Of a DNA stretch of 64,000 bases, positions 1 through 9,742 are shown one piece after another. The notes under the pieces are model-generated. The model searched no databases. It saw nothing but the letters and a program-made list of their open reading frames with translations, and was not told the origin of the DNA. Made by a program: the position numbers and the translations under genes. The first letter of the stretch is position 1. Each line of letters starts with the position of its first letter. The stretch is from a virus, in IMG/VR virus record IMGVR_UViG_3300020048_000058; one strand, 5' to 3'.

Positions 1-4
1 AAGA

Positions 5-39
5 GAAAAGCCGGAAGGTTCTATCTTTTCCGGCTTTTC
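5..39. terminator. 12-bp inverted-repeat hairpin, terminator-like on either strand
   Basis: GAAAAGCCGGAA (5-16) is the exact reverse complement of TTCCGGCTTTTC (28-39), with an 11-nt loop. T-rich sequence follows the stem on both strands. Confidence 0.4.
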
Positions 40-72
40 TCAAAAAACATTACAACTCACCAAAAAGTTCTT

Positions 73-408
73 ATGTCTAATATAGCATTATCTGGCAATC
101 AAGATCATAATCAATCGAAATCTCCATTCGACTCCATCAAGCGTATTGACCGTGAAGGGCGCGAGTATTGGTTAGCACGGGAGTTAATGAGGCTATTAGG
201 GTATGGACAATGGAAAAGATTTTCTGATGCGATTCAACGGGCTATTGTGTCATGTCAGATCCAGGGAGAGTTGACGGAAAACCATTTTGCCGGAGCCGAC
301 AATCTGGTGAAACGCCCACAGGGAGGGGGAAGTAAACAAGAGGATTATAAATTATCTCGTTACGCAGCATATCTTATCGCCATGAACGGATTTAGTGCTA
401 TAATATAG
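73..408 (+). CDS. DinD-like (DNA-damage-inducible protein D family), N-terminal half only, truncated
   Basis: 111-aa ORF. The string EGREYWLARELMRLLGY..W..F..AI.RA...C......HF....V.....EDYKLSRYAAYLIAMNG follows the N-terminal half of E. coli-type DinD as I remember it (LSRYACYLVVQNGDP). The ORF stops right after the NG. The roughly 160-aa C-terminal half is missing. Confidence 0.55.
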   Translation: MSNIALSGNQDHNQSKSPFDSIKRIDREGREYWLARELMRLLGYGQWKRFSDAIQRAIVSCQIQGELTENHFAGADNLVKRPQGGGSKQEDYKLSRYAAYLIAMNGFSAII

Positions 409-430
409 CAGTCAGCTATCCTGGTGTTGT

Positions 431-1165
431 ATGTTTATCTATGCGTTAGTATGTCCTGTAACTGAAATAATTAGATACGTTGGAAAATCCAATAATCCCA
501 AAAGACGAGTAAGAAATCATATCAGAGAATTAAAATTAGCTGAAAAAACTGAGCAATACAACCACCGTCAATCTTGGCTTAAATCCTTAAAAGACAATGG
601 ATTAAGTCCAGTGTTGGTTATTCTTGAATCTGTTACAGAAGAAAATTGGCAAGAAAGGGAGATGTATTGGATTTCTTTCTATTTAAATTTAGGGTATAAA
701 TTGACTAACAGCACGTCAGGGGGTGATGGGGGTCTAAACCCATCTGAATTAACTCGCAAAAGAATGTCCGACAGAAAGAAAGGCAAGCCTTTATCTGTTG
801 AGCATAAAAAAAGAATGTCAGAATCTCAAAAGGCTCGCTACCAAGATCCAAATGAAAGATTAAAATCGTCGATTTATTCAAAAGAAATTAACTCTCGCCC
901 CAACGTCAAAGAGTTAAGAAAGGAATCTATGAAAAAAATCTGGAAAGACCCTGAGCATAGAGCTAAAAGGTCTTCAGCTATTTCCAGGGCAAAGCAAAAA
1001 TATATTTATACAATTATATACAGTGATGGAAGACAAGAAACTGTTTTAAATTTAAGAGAATGGTGTTCTTTAAATGGATACACATTACATTCAATGCAGC
1101 AAGTGGCTTCTGGAGGAAGAAAATCTTGTCATGGAATAAGAATATCTAGGGTAAAAAAAGAGTAA
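431..1165 (+). CDS. GIY-YIG homing endonuclease with NUMOD3-like basic repeats
   Basis: The N-terminus has FIY-x10-RYVG, then KRRVRNH, then EREMYWI and LTNSTSGG, which matches the GIY-YIG catalytic module order. The C-terminal half has repeated K-G-K-P-L-S-x-E-H-K-x-R-M-S-E-S-Q-K type motifs, as in I-TevI/Seg-type phage endonucleases. Confidence 0.75.
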   Translation: MFIYALVCPVTEIIRYVGKSNNPKRRVRNHIRELKLAEKTEQYNHRQSWLKSLKDNGLSPVLVILESVTEENWQEREMYWISFYLNLGYKLTNSTSGGDGGLNPSELTRKRMSDRKKGKPLSVEHKKRMSESQKARYQDPNERLKSSIYSKEINSRPNVKELRKESMKKIWKDPEHRAKRSSAISRAKQKYIYTIIYSDGRQETVLNLREWCSLNGYTLHSMQQVASGGRKSCHGIRISRVKKE

Positions 1166-1270
1166 AGCCAATCTACTTCGAGAATTATGGGCAAATCAGA
1201 AAGGCGATCGCCAATTACTCTTGGGCGAATAATTAACGGAATCCTATCTTAATTAAAGCCAAACACCAGA

Positions 1271-1300
1271 AAGGGTAGAGATTTAACCTCTACCCTTTTT
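1271..1300 (+). terminator. rho-independent terminator after the homing endonuclease gene
   Basis: Stem GGGTAGAG (1273-1280) pairs with CTCTACCC (1288-1295). The loop is ATTTAAC and TTTTT follows. Confidence 0.7.
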
Positions 1301-1444
1301 AATTGGCGATAATTGATTATTTCCTGCACAGCAAGCCGCAAGCTGTAAAAGTAAGTTCATTATCAGATTCTATACCCCCGAAAAGTTGTGAGTTCATCCG
1401 GCTTTCAGATCGCATTCCCTACACTTCCCAGTAAGATAGCTCCA

Positions 1445-4400
1445 CTAATTACGGGAGAGATTAACCATTTGCTGAATAACATTTTCTAATCTTGGCTCCA
1501 CTTGTTTCTTAATTGATTCCCCCACTTTTTGATCGCCGTTTACGGTAATTGGAATATTTATTGTTGGAGAGATTGTCGTCTGCCCTCTCTCCGTGGCTTG
1601 TTGCAACGCCCGTAAGAAGTCTGGGGGAATACTAGGGGACAAAACGGGAGACAGGGCAGAGGGAAGTTTGAGAGGATCGGTTAGTCGAGGACTGGGAGGC
1701 AAAGCGGAGGGAAGTTTGAGAACTCCGTTCTCCTTTCTCACCTCCATAAATTTATCAGACAGAACTGGAGTTTTAATAACAGGAGCCTCAATAACAGGAG
1801 CCTCAATAACAGGTGGGTCAATAACCGGAGTTTTAATAACAGGAGTTTCAATAACCGGAGTTTCAATAACCGGAGTTTCAATAACAGGTGGGTCAATAAC
1901 CGGAGTTTTAATAACAAGAGTTTCAATAACCGGAGTTTTAATAACAGGAGTTTCAATAACCGGAGTTTCAATAACAGGCGGGTCAATAACAGGCGGGTCA
2001 ATAACAGGAGTTTCAATAATAGGTGGGTTAATAACCGGTGGGTTAATAACAGGAGTTTCAATAATAGGTGGGTTAATAATAGGTGGGTTAATAACCGGAG
2101 TTTCAATAACAGGCGGGTCAATAATAGGTGGGTTAATAACAGGAGTTTCAATAATAGGTGGGTTAATAACAGGAGTTTCAAGAGGATCGGTTAATTTAGG
2201 GCTAAATGCCACAATAGGGGACGGGATGGGAGACAATGCAGAGGGAAGTTTGAGAGGATCTGTTAATTGAGGAGAAGGTGCTGATCCCCCTCCAAGTCCG
2301 CCAGTGAGTTTGTAGATTTCAGAAGATGCGCTACCTGTTGCACCAGAGAACTCCCCATCCCCTCTTATGCTCCGCATTGTTCCCTCTGCGGACATCCCTC
2401 CTGGCAATCTTCTGCTCCCTTTTAATCCACTTTCTCTGAGGGCTTGCTCTCCCGTCGCTGCGGCTCGACCCGTTAGATCGCTTACGCTGCCCACTTCAAA
2501 CCTATCAAGCACACTGGCTTTAATATCTGCAAAACGCTGCCGTTTTAATGATCTGTTACTGGTGTTGTTGGCCAAGTCCACCTGTGCCGAGCGAATGGCC
2601 CCTTGACTACGGAATTCCAACGCTTCTCTCTGGAGTTTGAAAACTTTTGACTGGTTAATGTCTTGTCTCCGTAATAAATCCAAGTTTTGCTCTTGGTAGC
2701 CAACGTTCTCTCCTGCTATATCTGCCGCTGTTTGCAGGTCGTCTAACTCTTCTGGAGTTGTTCTAGGATCTTTCTTGGCTGATTTAAGAGCATTATCAGC
2801 TTTTCTTTTTTCAACTTTCGCATCATTCAACGCCCTTTTAGCAGCTAGTTTATCCCGTTCTATTTCGATACCTTTCATTAATTGTTGGGATATCAGGCTT
2901 TGTTTATCAAATTCAGCTTGCTGGATTGCTGATTTTAATTTAATAGCCGAGATTAATTCAGCGAGTTGTTTTTTCTTCCGTTCAGAGCGTTCTCCTTGGA
3001 CTAAAGCATCTAATTCCCCTGAGTAAAAGCTACTAGCCGCGTCAAACACCCCTTTTTGTGCGTCCTGTAATTCCGAACGCATTTGAAGGGCTTTATTGAG
3101 AATATCGAATTTCCGACTCTGATTATCTAGTTCGTTATTCTGGCGTTTAATAGTGTTCTCATAGGCCTGTGCTTCCTTGTTTAATCCTGCTTCGTATTTC
3201 CTTACGTTTGCATCAATCAACTGCCCCTGAGCCTCAACCAACTGCAACTGGAGCTTGATTTTCTCGCCAGCATCCGTCTCTAAACTAATTTTGGTTTGTA
3301 ATGTTCTAATGGCTTGCTGTGCTATTGTTAGATCATATTCTTCCCCAAAAATCTTCCCTTGGTTTAGCAGGGTTTTTAAGGCAATTATTTCCTTAGTATT
3401 CTTAATCTCGGTTTCGGCAATCTCTAATGCTGCCCAGGCTTCTCGTTCTTCCCCGGTAGCTTTCTCTAGGGACAGTCTTAATTTGGCTTGTTTATTGACA
3501 TCTTTTTCTCGGCTAAGTTGAAATTGCAACTCCTGAACTTTATCGGTAGCACTTGAAGCCCCTTCTAGCTCCCTGAGTGCGTTACCACTATTAATCTGCT
3601 TTTCTATGCTTAATAATTGAGCATCATTCTCTTTGGCGATGTTCCCTAAAACGGTTTGAGTGTGGGCATCCCAGGCTTCCTTCTCGGCTTTCAACATCCC
3701 CAAGGATTGTTGGAGTTGTTCTTGTCTTAGCTTTCTGATTTCGGTTTGTCTGTTAGCCTCTAGTCGTGGGTCTGAGAGTGCGGGTTGAGCTTTTGTTGCC
3801 TCTAGTTTTTTAAACGTGTTATTGTATTCAGACTCAAGAGTTTTGAGGTTGTTTTTAACATTTTCCTCGTCAACTAGGTTTTGATCACCTCCAAATTCAT
3901 TAAACGACTTCTGAACTTCATTTTGTCTAATTAATTCAGCTTCTTTAACTAAATCAACAGTTTTTTTAAGTTGTTTTTCTAGTGCAGAAAGTTCTTGGTC
4001 GTAGCCATCCTTGATTGTTTTTTGACGCTGAACTTGGAGTTTTCCGATTTCGGCGTTGACAGCTTCTCGACCTTCTTTGTCAGTATCCGCTAACTTCTTT
4101 AATTTGTTCTGTTGTTGCCTGATTTGTTCATCTAACCCCTTGATTTGTAATTGTGATTTTTGGCTATTGTAGTTTTCCTCTGTGGATAGTCCTTGAGCAA
4201 GATATCCCTCGATGATTGACTGTTGCTCCTGAAAGTTTTTAACCAGTTCCTCGTTTTTTTTAGATCGTTCCTCTGCAACGACTTTAGTGATATCCGATTC
4301 TATTTTCTTAATTTCTTCCCCTGCTTTTCGGACTGCTTCAAGATTTCCAAAGGATTGTTGTTCAGACTGAATCCGTTGTTGTGCTGCCTTGCGTTCCTCT

Positions 4401-7072
4401 AATTCCTTAATTGTTAGTTCGGTGGTTAATCTCTCTGATTCTCTAATTCCTATCTCCCCATTCTTTTGTTGAGACTCTATTTCGGCTTTTTGTTTTGCGA
4501 TAGTATCGGATCGCTTTTTGCTTTCCTGCTCAATGACTTTAGTAATTGTTTCCTGTGCCTTGCGTTGAACCTCTTGATCTAACCTTGTATCATGGGCTAA
4601 TTGACGGAGTTTGCTAGTAACATCCCTATCAATCGTTTGCCCCATTTCTAATAGAGCCATGTTAAACTCAATAACCTCGGACGCTTTTTTCTTGAATACC
4701 TCCTGATCTCCAGATGGTTTTAGAATTGCATCCATAGCTTCATTTGCTTTTTTCTTTAACTGTTCTAACGCTGTTCCTAATACCGTTAAATCTTTTGGGG
4801 CAATAACCACGTTAGAGGAGGCTTGGGCTAATGCCGTTTTTAACTTTTCTAACTCGCCTATTTGAGATTGAATATTAGACTTGTTAGCATCCCCTTTGAC
4901 CGTTCTTTCTTGTTCTTTTAGTGCAGCTATCTGATCCTCGATAAGTCCAATTCTTAGCCGTGCCTGTGTTTGCAATTGCCGATTTTTCCTGTATTCTCCA
5001 TCCGTTAATCTAATACCTAATTTATCAGCTTCCTGTTGCTTTTTCTGAGCCACAGACAGTTTCTCAAGGGATTCAATAGCCAAATCCCCGTATTCCTCTG
5101 TTCGGGTTGCTAGTTCGGTTGTTGCCTTCGTAGAATCGTTTAAGGATTGACTATAAAGAACGAGTCCAACCCCTCCCAAAACCGCAGCCACAGCTAATAA
5201 AGGTGCTAATAGTGCTGCGGTTGATAGTACCAATCCTTTTATTGCAACACCCAATCCTCCGACCGTCAAAGTCCCCGCAGCCGCAGCCGATGACAATCCC
5301 AACAATGAACTCGCGGCACTCCCAGCACTTGCAGCCATCCCAGCCAAACCAAGGGAACTCAATACCCCCGACAAAATAAAAAATGCTGTGGTGGCACTAC
5401 CTACAACACTAGCCAATTGAATTTTGATGAAGGACAATATCGCAGGGATTAATTGGGCGTGGAAGGCGATCGCTAAACCAGTAACAACAACTGTTGAGGT
5501 AATTAAAGCGGACTGCCACGATCCAACCAGGATATTGACAACCTCACCTAAACCCCCGGCAACACCTCCGAGAACCTCCATCAAGGCTTTATTCTGAAGA
5601 ATAAATGTGTCAATTGCCTTAAACGCAGCAAAGGCGACAACCGCAACCCCGACACTCTTGAGGACATTCCCCAGTGCGGCGGTTGCAGCCGTGATTAGGG
5701 TCACAGATCCGGGTATCAGTCGGAGATTGGCGAATAATCGCGCCGCTCCTGTTGCACTAAAAACAGAAGCTCCCCCTAAACTTGTGAATGCTGCTGCCAA
5801 TCCCCACGCGTTCCTTGTTAACAACAGCAGTAGTTGCCCCACGCCCGGAAGGAGAATATTCCCCAAAACCCCGAAAGCGGAGGCAAGTAACTTGACCCCA
5901 AAAACGAGAGATTTAACCTGTAGAGCAACTACTAAAAACCCACCAGCTAGAGGTGCTATAGCCCCTGACAAAGCCGAAAATAGATTCAGTGCTGGACGCA
6001 ATACCGCCATTGTGAATCCCAGCCCTTGATTCAGTGCCTCCAATGCGTTCGCCAGAGAGGTAAATAAGAATAGGGGAACATCTTTAAAAACCGTCACTAC
6101 ATCCCCCAAGACGGTTTTAAAAATAGATTGAAAAGCTAGACCCGCGCGAAGGATCTGATCTGTAACCTTCCCTGATTCACCCACCAACATCTCAAGGTTC
6201 GTTTGTAAAAACTTATAGACTTCGTTTAGGGATTGAGTCAAAGGTGCTAATAGTTTTTCCCCCGATCTTTGTCCTATTAATTCAAACATTTCTTGAATAT
6301 TTGACGTTACCCCAGAAAAACTCTGTGCGGCTAATTTATTTCCAGCCCTAAACGCAGACAATCGTGTGGTTAATTCCTGAACTAAAGTCCCTTGAGCCTT
6401 CCACTTGGCAACCATCGCGTTAGTTATTCCTAACGATTTAGCCAAGATAGAATTCATGTCAATTGTTCCTAGGAAAATTGATTGAATCTCTTGTCTACTT
6501 TGATATAAAGGAACCTGTAATGTCCCCAAAGCGGCTGCAAAGTCAACGGTTAGACTCCGGGCATCGCTTAGGGTAGCCCCGATAGGTGTAGCTCCTTGTG
6601 CGACCTGTTGAAATATTGGGATTAATTGCTTTGACGTGACCCCAACTAGATCAATAGAATCAATCCTTAACTGTCTAATCTGATCATTTAAAGGTTGATT
6701 GAGAGCTAAGATAGCCTGGGTGGGATCTTTAATCACAAGCCCATTACTAATAATTTTTGAAGTTGCTGCCATCGTTGATGCGACCGATAGCAACTGCCCT
6801 TGTAGTTCGATAGTTTGTCCAATCAACAATTTAAACGGGCCGTTAGAAACCAACCCTCGAAGCGTTGACATCCCCTGCCCAAAGAATCCGATAACTGAGG
6901 TCGTTTGAACAATTGAGCTTGTCACTCCCCCAAAAGATTCACGGAATAAATCAAAAACCTGCAAAGGCTGACGTAGACCGAGGAGGCTTTCCCCTAGATC
7001 CCTGATTACATCGACAGCCTGGCTAGCGTTTGCTGTAATCGTAATGGTAGTCCCGCCAAATCCTGCCACCAT
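1445..7072 (-). CDS. tape-measure-like protein (alternatively an internal/ejection virion protein), 1875 aa
   Basis: Largest ORF of the virion block. It has an N-terminal alpha-helical region, then several Gly/Ala-rich hydrophobic segments (for example LLAPLLAVAAVLGGVGLVLY). About 900 aa of heptad-rich, charged, coiled-coil-like sequence follows, then a Pro-rich C-terminal repeat. The size, composition and position downstream of head and connector genes fit a tape-measure protein. No catalytic motif was seen. Confidence 0.6.
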   Translation of the reverse strand: MVAGFGGTTITITANASQAVDVIRDLGESLLGLRQPLQVFDLFRESFGGVTSSIVQTTSVIGFFGQGMSTLRGLVSNGPFKLLIGQTIELQGQLLSVASTMAATSKIISNGLVIKDPTQAILALNQPLNDQIRQLRIDSIDLVGVTSKQLIPIFQQVAQGATPIGATLSDARSLTVDFAAALGTLQVPLYQSRQEIQSIFLGTIDMNSILAKSLGITNAMVAKWKAQGTLVQELTTRLSAFRAGNKLAAQSFSGVTSNIQEMFELIGQRSGEKLLAPLTQSLNEVYKFLQTNLEMLVGESGKVTDQILRAGLAFQSIFKTVLGDVVTVFKDVPLFLFTSLANALEALNQGLGFTMAVLRPALNLFSALSGAIAPLAGGFLVVALQVKSLVFGVKLLASAFGVLGNILLPGVGQLLLLLTRNAWGLAAAFTSLGGASVFSATGAARLFANLRLIPGSVTLITAATAALGNVLKSVGVAVVAFAAFKAIDTFILQNKALMEVLGGVAGGLGEVVNILVGSWQSALITSTVVVTGLAIAFHAQLIPAILSFIKIQLASVVGSATTAFFILSGVLSSLGLAGMAASAGSAASSLLGLSSAAAAGTLTVGGLGVAIKGLVLSTAALLAPLLAVAAVLGGVGLVLYSQSLNDSTKATTELATRTEEYGDLAIESLEKLSVAQKKQQEADKLGIRLTDGEYRKNRQLQTQARLRIGLIEDQIAALKEQERTVKGDANKSNIQSQIGELEKLKTALAQASSNVVIAPKDLTVLGTALEQLKKKANEAMDAILKPSGDQEVFKKKASEVIEFNMALLEMGQTIDRDVTSKLRQLAHDTRLDQEVQRKAQETITKVIEQESKKRSDTIAKQKAEIESQQKNGEIGIRESERLTTELTIKELEERKAAQQRIQSEQQSFGNLEAVRKAGEEIKKIESDITKVVAEERSKKNEELVKNFQEQQSIIEGYLAQGLSTEENYNSQKSQLQIKGLDEQIRQQQNKLKKLADTDKEGREAVNAEIGKLQVQRQKTIKDGYDQELSALEKQLKKTVDLVKEAELIRQNEVQKSFNEFGGDQNLVDEENVKNNLKTLESEYNNTFKKLEATKAQPALSDPRLEANRQTEIRKLRQEQLQQSLGMLKAEKEAWDAHTQTVLGNIAKENDAQLLSIEKQINSGNALRELEGASSATDKVQELQFQLSREKDVNKQAKLRLSLEKATGEEREAWAALEIAETEIKNTKEIIALKTLLNQGKIFGEEYDLTIAQQAIRTLQTKISLETDAGEKIKLQLQLVEAQGQLIDANVRKYEAGLNKEAQAYENTIKRQNNELDNQSRKFDILNKALQMRSELQDAQKGVFDAASSFYSGELDALVQGERSERKKKQLAELISAIKLKSAIQQAEFDKQSLISQQLMKGIEIERDKLAAKRALNDAKVEKRKADNALKSAKKDPRTTPEELDDLQTAADIAGENVGYQEQNLDLLRRQDINQSKVFKLQREALEFRSQGAIRSAQVDLANNTSNRSLKRQRFADIKASVLDRFEVGSVSDLTGRAAATGEQALRESGLKGSRRLPGGMSAEGTMRSIRGDGEFSGATGSASSEIYKLTGGLGGGSAPSPQLTDPLKLPSALSPIPSPIVAFSPKLTDPLETPVINPPIIETPVINPPIIDPPVIETPVINPPIINPPIIETPVINPPVINPPIIETPVIDPPVIDPPVIETPVIETPVIKTPVIETLVIKTPVIDPPVIETPVIETPVIETPVIKTPVIDPPVIEAPVIEAPVIKTPVLSDKFMEVRKENGVLKLPSALPPSPRLTDPLKLPSALSPVLSPSIPPDFLRALQQATERGQTTISPTINIPITVNGDQKVGESIKKQVEPRLENVIQQMVNLSRN
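1760..2180 (-). repeat. 15-bp coding tandem repeat, about 28 units, encoding (T/P)P(V/I)I(E/N/D/K) pentapeptides
   Basis: The plus strand shows AATAACAGGAGTTTC-type 15-mers in tandem. The minus-strand translation is TPVINPPIIETPVINPPIIDPPVIE...APVIKTPVLS. The block is flanked on both sides by LTDPLKLPSALSP motifs. Confidence 0.9.
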
Positions 7073-7207
7073 CTAAAAATCCCCCTTTTCCTTGCTATGA
7101 TTAAGAGGCAGTTTTGATTAAATACTACGCATTGGTTTAATTGAATTGTAACAATAAAGCTCCAAGAATACCTGGGGCTTTATTGTTCTCTCTACTCGTT
7201 AGGGAAA

Positions 7208-7732
7208 TTAATTGATTGGAAACGAAGACATCTCAGCGTTTAATTGCTCTATCTGCTGTTTGATTTCCCGAAACCGTGATTCATTCAAGGACGAGGCGTT
7301 ATGGACATTTCCCTTAACCGACACTTGAATCCCCCCTAAAAGTAAAGCAATCTTCTGATCTCCAAATTGCTTCCCAATCTGGTCTGCGGCTTGTTTCAAT
7401 AGGGCAATCTTTTCTAGGATTTCAGTGGAGGATCTTTCTTCTGAAGGGAGAGCTTCAACTGCGGCAATCCGTTTGTCAATAACCGCCACTACTAATTTTG
7501 CCACAAAATCGACAATCTGATAAGTGTCAATCAATGGGTAAACATATCCCTCTGAGGAGTAGAAGAAATGTTCGGGGATTGAGGGACAGACGGCTTTTAA
7601 GGTGTTGCTAATTTTATTAAGCGACTCCGCGCTAGTGAATCCATCTTTTGTGCCTTCTATAGCCCAATTCAGCATAAAATCCACAGGTTTTTCCAGGGGA
7701 TACTCAACACCGTCCAATAAGATAGAAGCCAT
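7208..7732 (-). CDS. hypothetical protein; tail-assembly-chaperone position immediately upstream of the tape-measure-like gene
   Basis: 174-aa ORF. The function is suggested by synteny only. No slippery-site frameshift partner ORF was seen. Confidence 0.5.
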   Translation of the reverse strand: MASILLDGVEYPLEKPVDFMLNWAIEGTKDGFTSAESLNKISNTLKAVCPSIPEHFFYSSEGYVYPLIDTYQIVDFVAKLVVAVIDKRIAAVEALPSEERSSTEILEKIALLKQAADQIGKQFGDQKIALLLGGIQVSVKGNVHNASSLNESRFREIKQQIEQLNAEMSSFPIN

Positions 7733-7855
7733 ACATTTTAATCCTATAATTTCTTAACTATTCTATCAAAAAATTGGTATTATTGGAAAATTCAAACAAT
7801 TCACCAGAGAGGATGCGAAATTAGTGGGCTGTTTATTCTGATTGACCTATTAATT

Positions 7856-9433
7856 TCAGTTCCCTTGCCTAACTACAGAATAGATAAAATCAAACATTTC
7901 TGGATCGTTCTTAGCTAGGTAAATGGGGTTTCTGTACATTAATTCCAGTCCCATTGATAATACTTCTGTCCCGTAGGTATACACTTTCCCCATATAAGGA
8001 TGTAACCATTTATCAACTTTCGTTATTTCGCTTTTACTATAGCTCCGATTACCCGTCGCTTCTTTTAATGAAACGGCTGACTCCCCTGCGGTTCTTTTGT
8101 TGTAAAAATTCAACACTTTTCGACTAACTGTATTATTATTCCATTCAAGCCAATGCCCCATTTCATGTACTACCGTCGCTATAGAATTGTCGCCGGGAGC
8201 TATTACAACCCCTCCTGTATATTTCCCGTATTTTTCCTTTTTTTCCCTAAAAACTGGATCACCTCCAAAACTTCCAAAGTTCCCACCTGGATCAAACAAG
8301 CTTCTTATTTGATCAATATTGCCAGTGGAAACACTTGCCATAGAGGAAAAGCCATTTATGCCTACTAATTGAGAAAAAGCCTCAACACCTTTCTTGTAAA
8401 GAGCCTCTGATCCTTCGTCGCTTGCCTTGTAATAGACATCGACAACAATCGGGGAGTCAGATTTTACTATTTGTCTAGCTTCTTCCAATTTGTCTGATAC
8501 TGTCTTTTTGGCAGTTACAATCCGCTCCATTGTTGATTCCAGAAGAAAAGTTGCTTCCTCTGGGTTCTTTTTCGTTAGCTTGTTTACTCTCTTTTGTATT
8601 TGAGTCATCTCATCCAATAGACTTTCTATTGGTTTTTCCTCAAATAATGATACGGGCGTTTTTATCCCTTCAAATATTAACTCGTCACCAAAATCTTTTA
8701 TTAATTGCTCGCGCTTGTTTTTTGCTTCTGCCATCAATAATTTTTCTTGTTTAGCTTGCCTTTCTTCATAGGTTTCATAAAGATTAACCAGAGGAGGTGT
8801 CGTAACAATTTCCCTTGTTTTTTTCGTTTTATATTCTTCCCTTTTTCTTTGTACTTCCTCCCAGTTCTTTATTAACAAGGGTTCTGTTATTTTCTTGAGT
8901 TCATCAGCTTTTTTAAGAAATTCTTTTTCTTCTTCTGGTAAAACGCCTGATTTTATTGACCGTCTTAAATATTTCGCTCGTAATTCGTTTAATTTAAAAA
9001 GCCTGTCCTGAGAAAAATCGTCCTGAGCATTGGCTCTGCAACTTTTCTTGATATTGATACAGATACTTCCACAATTATAGGAAGTTGGCTTTACGCACTG
9101 TGCTTTCTCCCTTTTCGCTCCCCCTGCATCAATTCGGTAAGAATAACCTGCCGAGAAGTCTTCCCAATCCTTTAAATCAACACCCCGACTATCAATTCGA
9201 GGAGTAAATGGCTTATAAGTAACAGACCGCTTGTTAATCTCAAAGGAAAACACACGAGATCTGGTTAAGTCCCTAAACCGCCCTGTTATCTTTTCATTCT
9301 CCAGGGTTCCAGGATCGAAATCTAGCACAATGACCAGAGCATTATAGGCAAAAGGCATTGACAAGATTTGACCTATTGCCAATCTCATCTGAGCTTTTGT
9401 TGGAGCCGTGCTAGAGGTGAAAGATTGAACCAT
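7856..9433 (-). CDS. effector-family paralog: shared N-terminal module + 4-Cys motif + C-terminal HExxH metallopeptidase
   Basis: The N-terminus has APTKAQMRLAIGQILSMPFAYNALVIVLDFD...GRFRDLTRSRVFSFEI...YKPF...WEDFSAGYSYRID, followed by QCVKPTSYNCGSICINIKKSC. The C-terminus has VVHEMGHWLEW and the conserved tail KVDKWLHPYMGKVY...LSMGLELMYRNP...DPEMFDFIYSVVR. Confidence 0.8.
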   Translation of the reverse strand: MVQSFTSSTAPTKAQMRLAIGQILSMPFAYNALVIVLDFDPGTLENEKITGRFRDLTRSRVFSFEINKRSVTYKPFTPRIDSRGVDLKDWEDFSAGYSYRIDAGGAKREKAQCVKPTSYNCGSICINIKKSCRANAQDDFSQDRLFKLNELRAKYLRRSIKSGVLPEEEKEFLKKADELKKITEPLLIKNWEEVQRKREEYKTKKTREIVTTPPLVNLYETYEERQAKQEKLLMAEAKNKREQLIKDFGDELIFEGIKTPVSLFEEKPIESLLDEMTQIQKRVNKLTKKNPEEATFLLESTMERIVTAKKTVSDKLEEARQIVKSDSPIVVDVYYKASDEGSEALYKKGVEAFSQLVGINGFSSMASVSTGNIDQIRSLFDPGGNFGSFGGDPVFREKKEKYGKYTGGVVIAPGDNSIATVVHEMGHWLEWNNNTVSRKVLNFYNKRTAGESAVSLKEATGNRSYSKSEITKVDKWLHPYMGKVYTYGTEVLSMGLELMYRNPIYLAKNDPEMFDFIYSVVRQGN

Positions 9434-9441
9434 GATTTTAC

Positions 9442-9741
9442 TTAATAAACAATTTCAGACTCATCAACCACTTTCCCGTTAATTACCAAAGGAGGAGGAG
9501 CAATAGGTTGATCCATTACCGTCCCATCAAAGGTTTTTGCCAGTTCTGTTGCAATTAACCAATCGGGGTCGGGAGTTGCAGGGGAATTAAGCCAGAAGAA
9601 AGGCGAGTCCGGGTCTATGGCTGCTAGTTTCTCCATTGCTAAAACATTGTTCAGGATTGAGGCATAATGGGGCGTTGAGGATGTCCAAACTCCATTCTCA
9701 ATAACTGCCACTACACCATTGATTTTGACACGATAAGCCAT
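9442..9741 (-). CDS. hypothetical 99-aa protein wedged between two metallopeptidase paralogs
   Basis: The ORF is tightly packed, with a 1-nt gap to the upstream gene and an 8-nt gap to the downstream gene. No recognisable motif. Confidence 0.55.
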   Translation of the reverse strand: MAYRVKINGVVAVIENGVWTSSTPHYASILNNVLAMEKLAAIDPDSPFFWLNSPATPDPDWLIATELAKTFDGTVMDQPIAPPPLVINGKVVDESEIVY

Positions 9742-9742
9742 G

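Noticed and set aside
1593-2270. Tracked ORFs 1593..2270 (+) and 1738..2181 (-), with monotonous ITG(V/G)S or LLLK/LLTH repeats
   Set aside because: These are alternative-frame and antisense read-throughs of the 15-bp tandem repeat inside the 1875-aa gene. Their periodic composition is an artefact of the repeat.
2367-6908. Plus-strand ORFs inside the tape-measure-like gene (2367..2606, 2775..3026, 3255..3521, 5607..6029, 6699..6908)
   Set aside because: They lie antisense to a long, well-supported ORF, have low-complexity composition, and show no start context or motifs.
7150-7187. 11-bp inverted repeat (AACAATAAAGC … GCTTTATTGTT) between ORF 7208..7732 and the tape-measure-like gene, as a terminator
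   Set aside because: It has a long 16-nt loop and no clear U-run on the minus strand. A terminator in the middle of a tail operon is unlikely. It might be an attenuator or processing site, but the evidence is too thin to call.
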